Positions 62,981 to 64,000 of a DNA stretch of 64,000 bases are shown here, in pieces. How positions within the stretch are numbered: position 1 is the first letter of the stretch; each line of letters starts with the position of its first letter. The position numbers and the translations under genes were made by a program. Under the pieces are notes generated by a model. The model was not told where the DNA came from, ran no database searches, and saw nothing but the letters and a program-made list of their open reading frames with translations. The stretch comes from Candidatus Cloacimonadota bacterium (lineage in GTDB: Bacteria > Cloacimonadota > Cloacimonadia > Cloacimonadales > WRIO01). The stretch lies in NCBI GenBank assembly GCA_029564175.1, contig JAKQQL010000110.1, forward strand, positions 32,001-96,000. Direction: 5' to 3'.

Positions 62981-63325
62981 TTAACCTTGTAATAACTGAT
63001 ACAATCTGCCAGCAATTTCAAAAGTGGATAATGAACTCTTAATCAGACAAATATTTTCATCGTTTGCTTTGTTAATAACGGCTTCATCAGGATTAACATT
63101 ATTTGCAAAACAGACACAGCTCATGTTAGCAAGTGCTGCTACAGCAATGACATTAAGATGTTTCATGATAGTGATCCAAACCTGATTTTCTCTTGCATTA
63201 CCCATAACATCACTCAATAAGTCTGAAACGTATCCTCCTTCGATCGTTATTGATACAAGATCTTGATGGTTTGTTAATACTTCTCCGGTAACAGCTTCTA
63301 CTAATTGTTTGGCATTTACGGTCAT
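62981..63325 (-). CDS. DRTGG-domain protein
   Basis: GGYVSDLLSDVM, VWIT..H.NVIAVA. Confidence 0.85.
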   Translation of the reverse strand: MTVNAKQLVEAVTGEVLTNHQDLVSITIEGGYVSDLLSDVMGNARENQVWITIMKHLNVIAVAALANMSCVCFANNVNPDEAVINKANDENICLIKSSLSTFEIAGRLYQLLQG

Positions 63326-63335
63326 AATTCCTTCT

Positions 63336-64000
63336 TTACTCTTCGTTTTTATCTATGTTTTTTTTCAATAAAATGACACAATTATCAATACTGGCTCTAC
63401 CTTGAACTATATCTTCTGCAAGTGCTCTACAATTTGGAGAACCACAAGCTCCGCAATCTATTAAGGGCAGTTGAGCCATGATTTCCTGTAATTTTTTCAT
63501 TTTTAGAATAGCTTGCTTGATATCTTTATCCAATTCCATGATTGAGCGGGGTTCCAGAGGTAATACATCAAATGTCCCATCTAAATAACAGGAAAAACAG
63601 GAATCTAACTCATGATCCTCATCTTTGGCATCACGAATTAAAACATGGATTCTGCTTCTTGCAATAAATGGATTTTCAACGTTTAAGACCCCTCCAACAC
63701 AACCATTGGTGCAACTTCTCAAGACAATATAATCGTACTGATCTAATATATGATTCTCCACTTTTTGAAGTATCTCAATCACATTGTCAATACCACTTAC
63801 GGCTAAAGTGCGAATTTGCTGGTTGCCAACTTCATCTGCTTCATGTCCTGATAAAGCACGTGTTAAACCTCTTTCATGAGTTGTAACAGGAATATCCAAA
63901 GATTTAATATAGGGTAATTTATCGCGAACTGCAGTATATACATCTCTTATCGCAATTGCACCTTCCTGAATTCTTTTATAAGCGCCTTCAGGCTGATGAA
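63336..64000 (-). CDS. [FeFe]-hydrogenase-like Fe-S protein, putative sensory type (3' part; frame open to the window edge)
   Basis: RSCTNGCVGG (degenerate H-cluster motif), LP.IDCGACGSPNC FeS domain; frame continues upstream HQPEGAYKRIQEGAIAIRD. Confidence 0.8.
   Translation of the reverse strand, partial: HQPEGAYKRIQEGAIAIRDVYTAVRDKLPYIKSLDIPVTTHERGLTRALSGHEADEVGNQQIRTLAVSGIDNVIEILQKVENHILDQYDYIVLRSCTNGCVGGVLNVENPFIARSRIHVLIRDAKDEDHELDSCFSCYLDGTFDVLPLEPRSIMELDKDIKQAILKMKKLQEIMAQLPLIDCGACGSPNCRALAEDIVQGRASIDNCVILLKKNIDKNEE

Overview
AT-rich bacterial chromosomal window from an anaerobe. FlgD/T9SS-like sorting tails, a gingipain-type C25 protein, IOR and an [FeFe]-hydrogenase cluster suggest Candidatus Cloacimonadota (inference, not verified). 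Most of it is housekeeping: rpmE (partial), phoH-HD-GYP-alr, two Hsp20 genes under a CIRCE, iorAB, purH-hslO-thiolase, hrcA-grpE-dnaK-dnaJ-rsmE, obgE-dprA-rph-nuclease-pyrE-...-rnhB-trmFO-pilD, SOR-rubrerythrin-rubredoxin, ddl, and the 3' part of a hydrogenase diaphorase/regulatory operon. I found no rRNA, tRNA, CRISPR array or transposase. The best candidate for an undescribed system is a tightly coupled operon at 51.8-57.9 kb: secreted Ig/Fn3-like protein, FecR-like protein, outer-membrane beta-barrel and CHASE2 adenylate cyclase. It reads like a trans-envelope cAMP signalling cassette and is followed closely by ddl. Other oddities: an alanine racemase with a ~260-aa unknown C-terminal domain, a hybrid kinase split by a single-base frameshift in an A9 run, an orphan NMT1/THI5-like binding protein beside a kinase, a hydrogenase operon ending without hydA, a family of REP-like palindromes, and recurrent 16-bp-spacer promoters.
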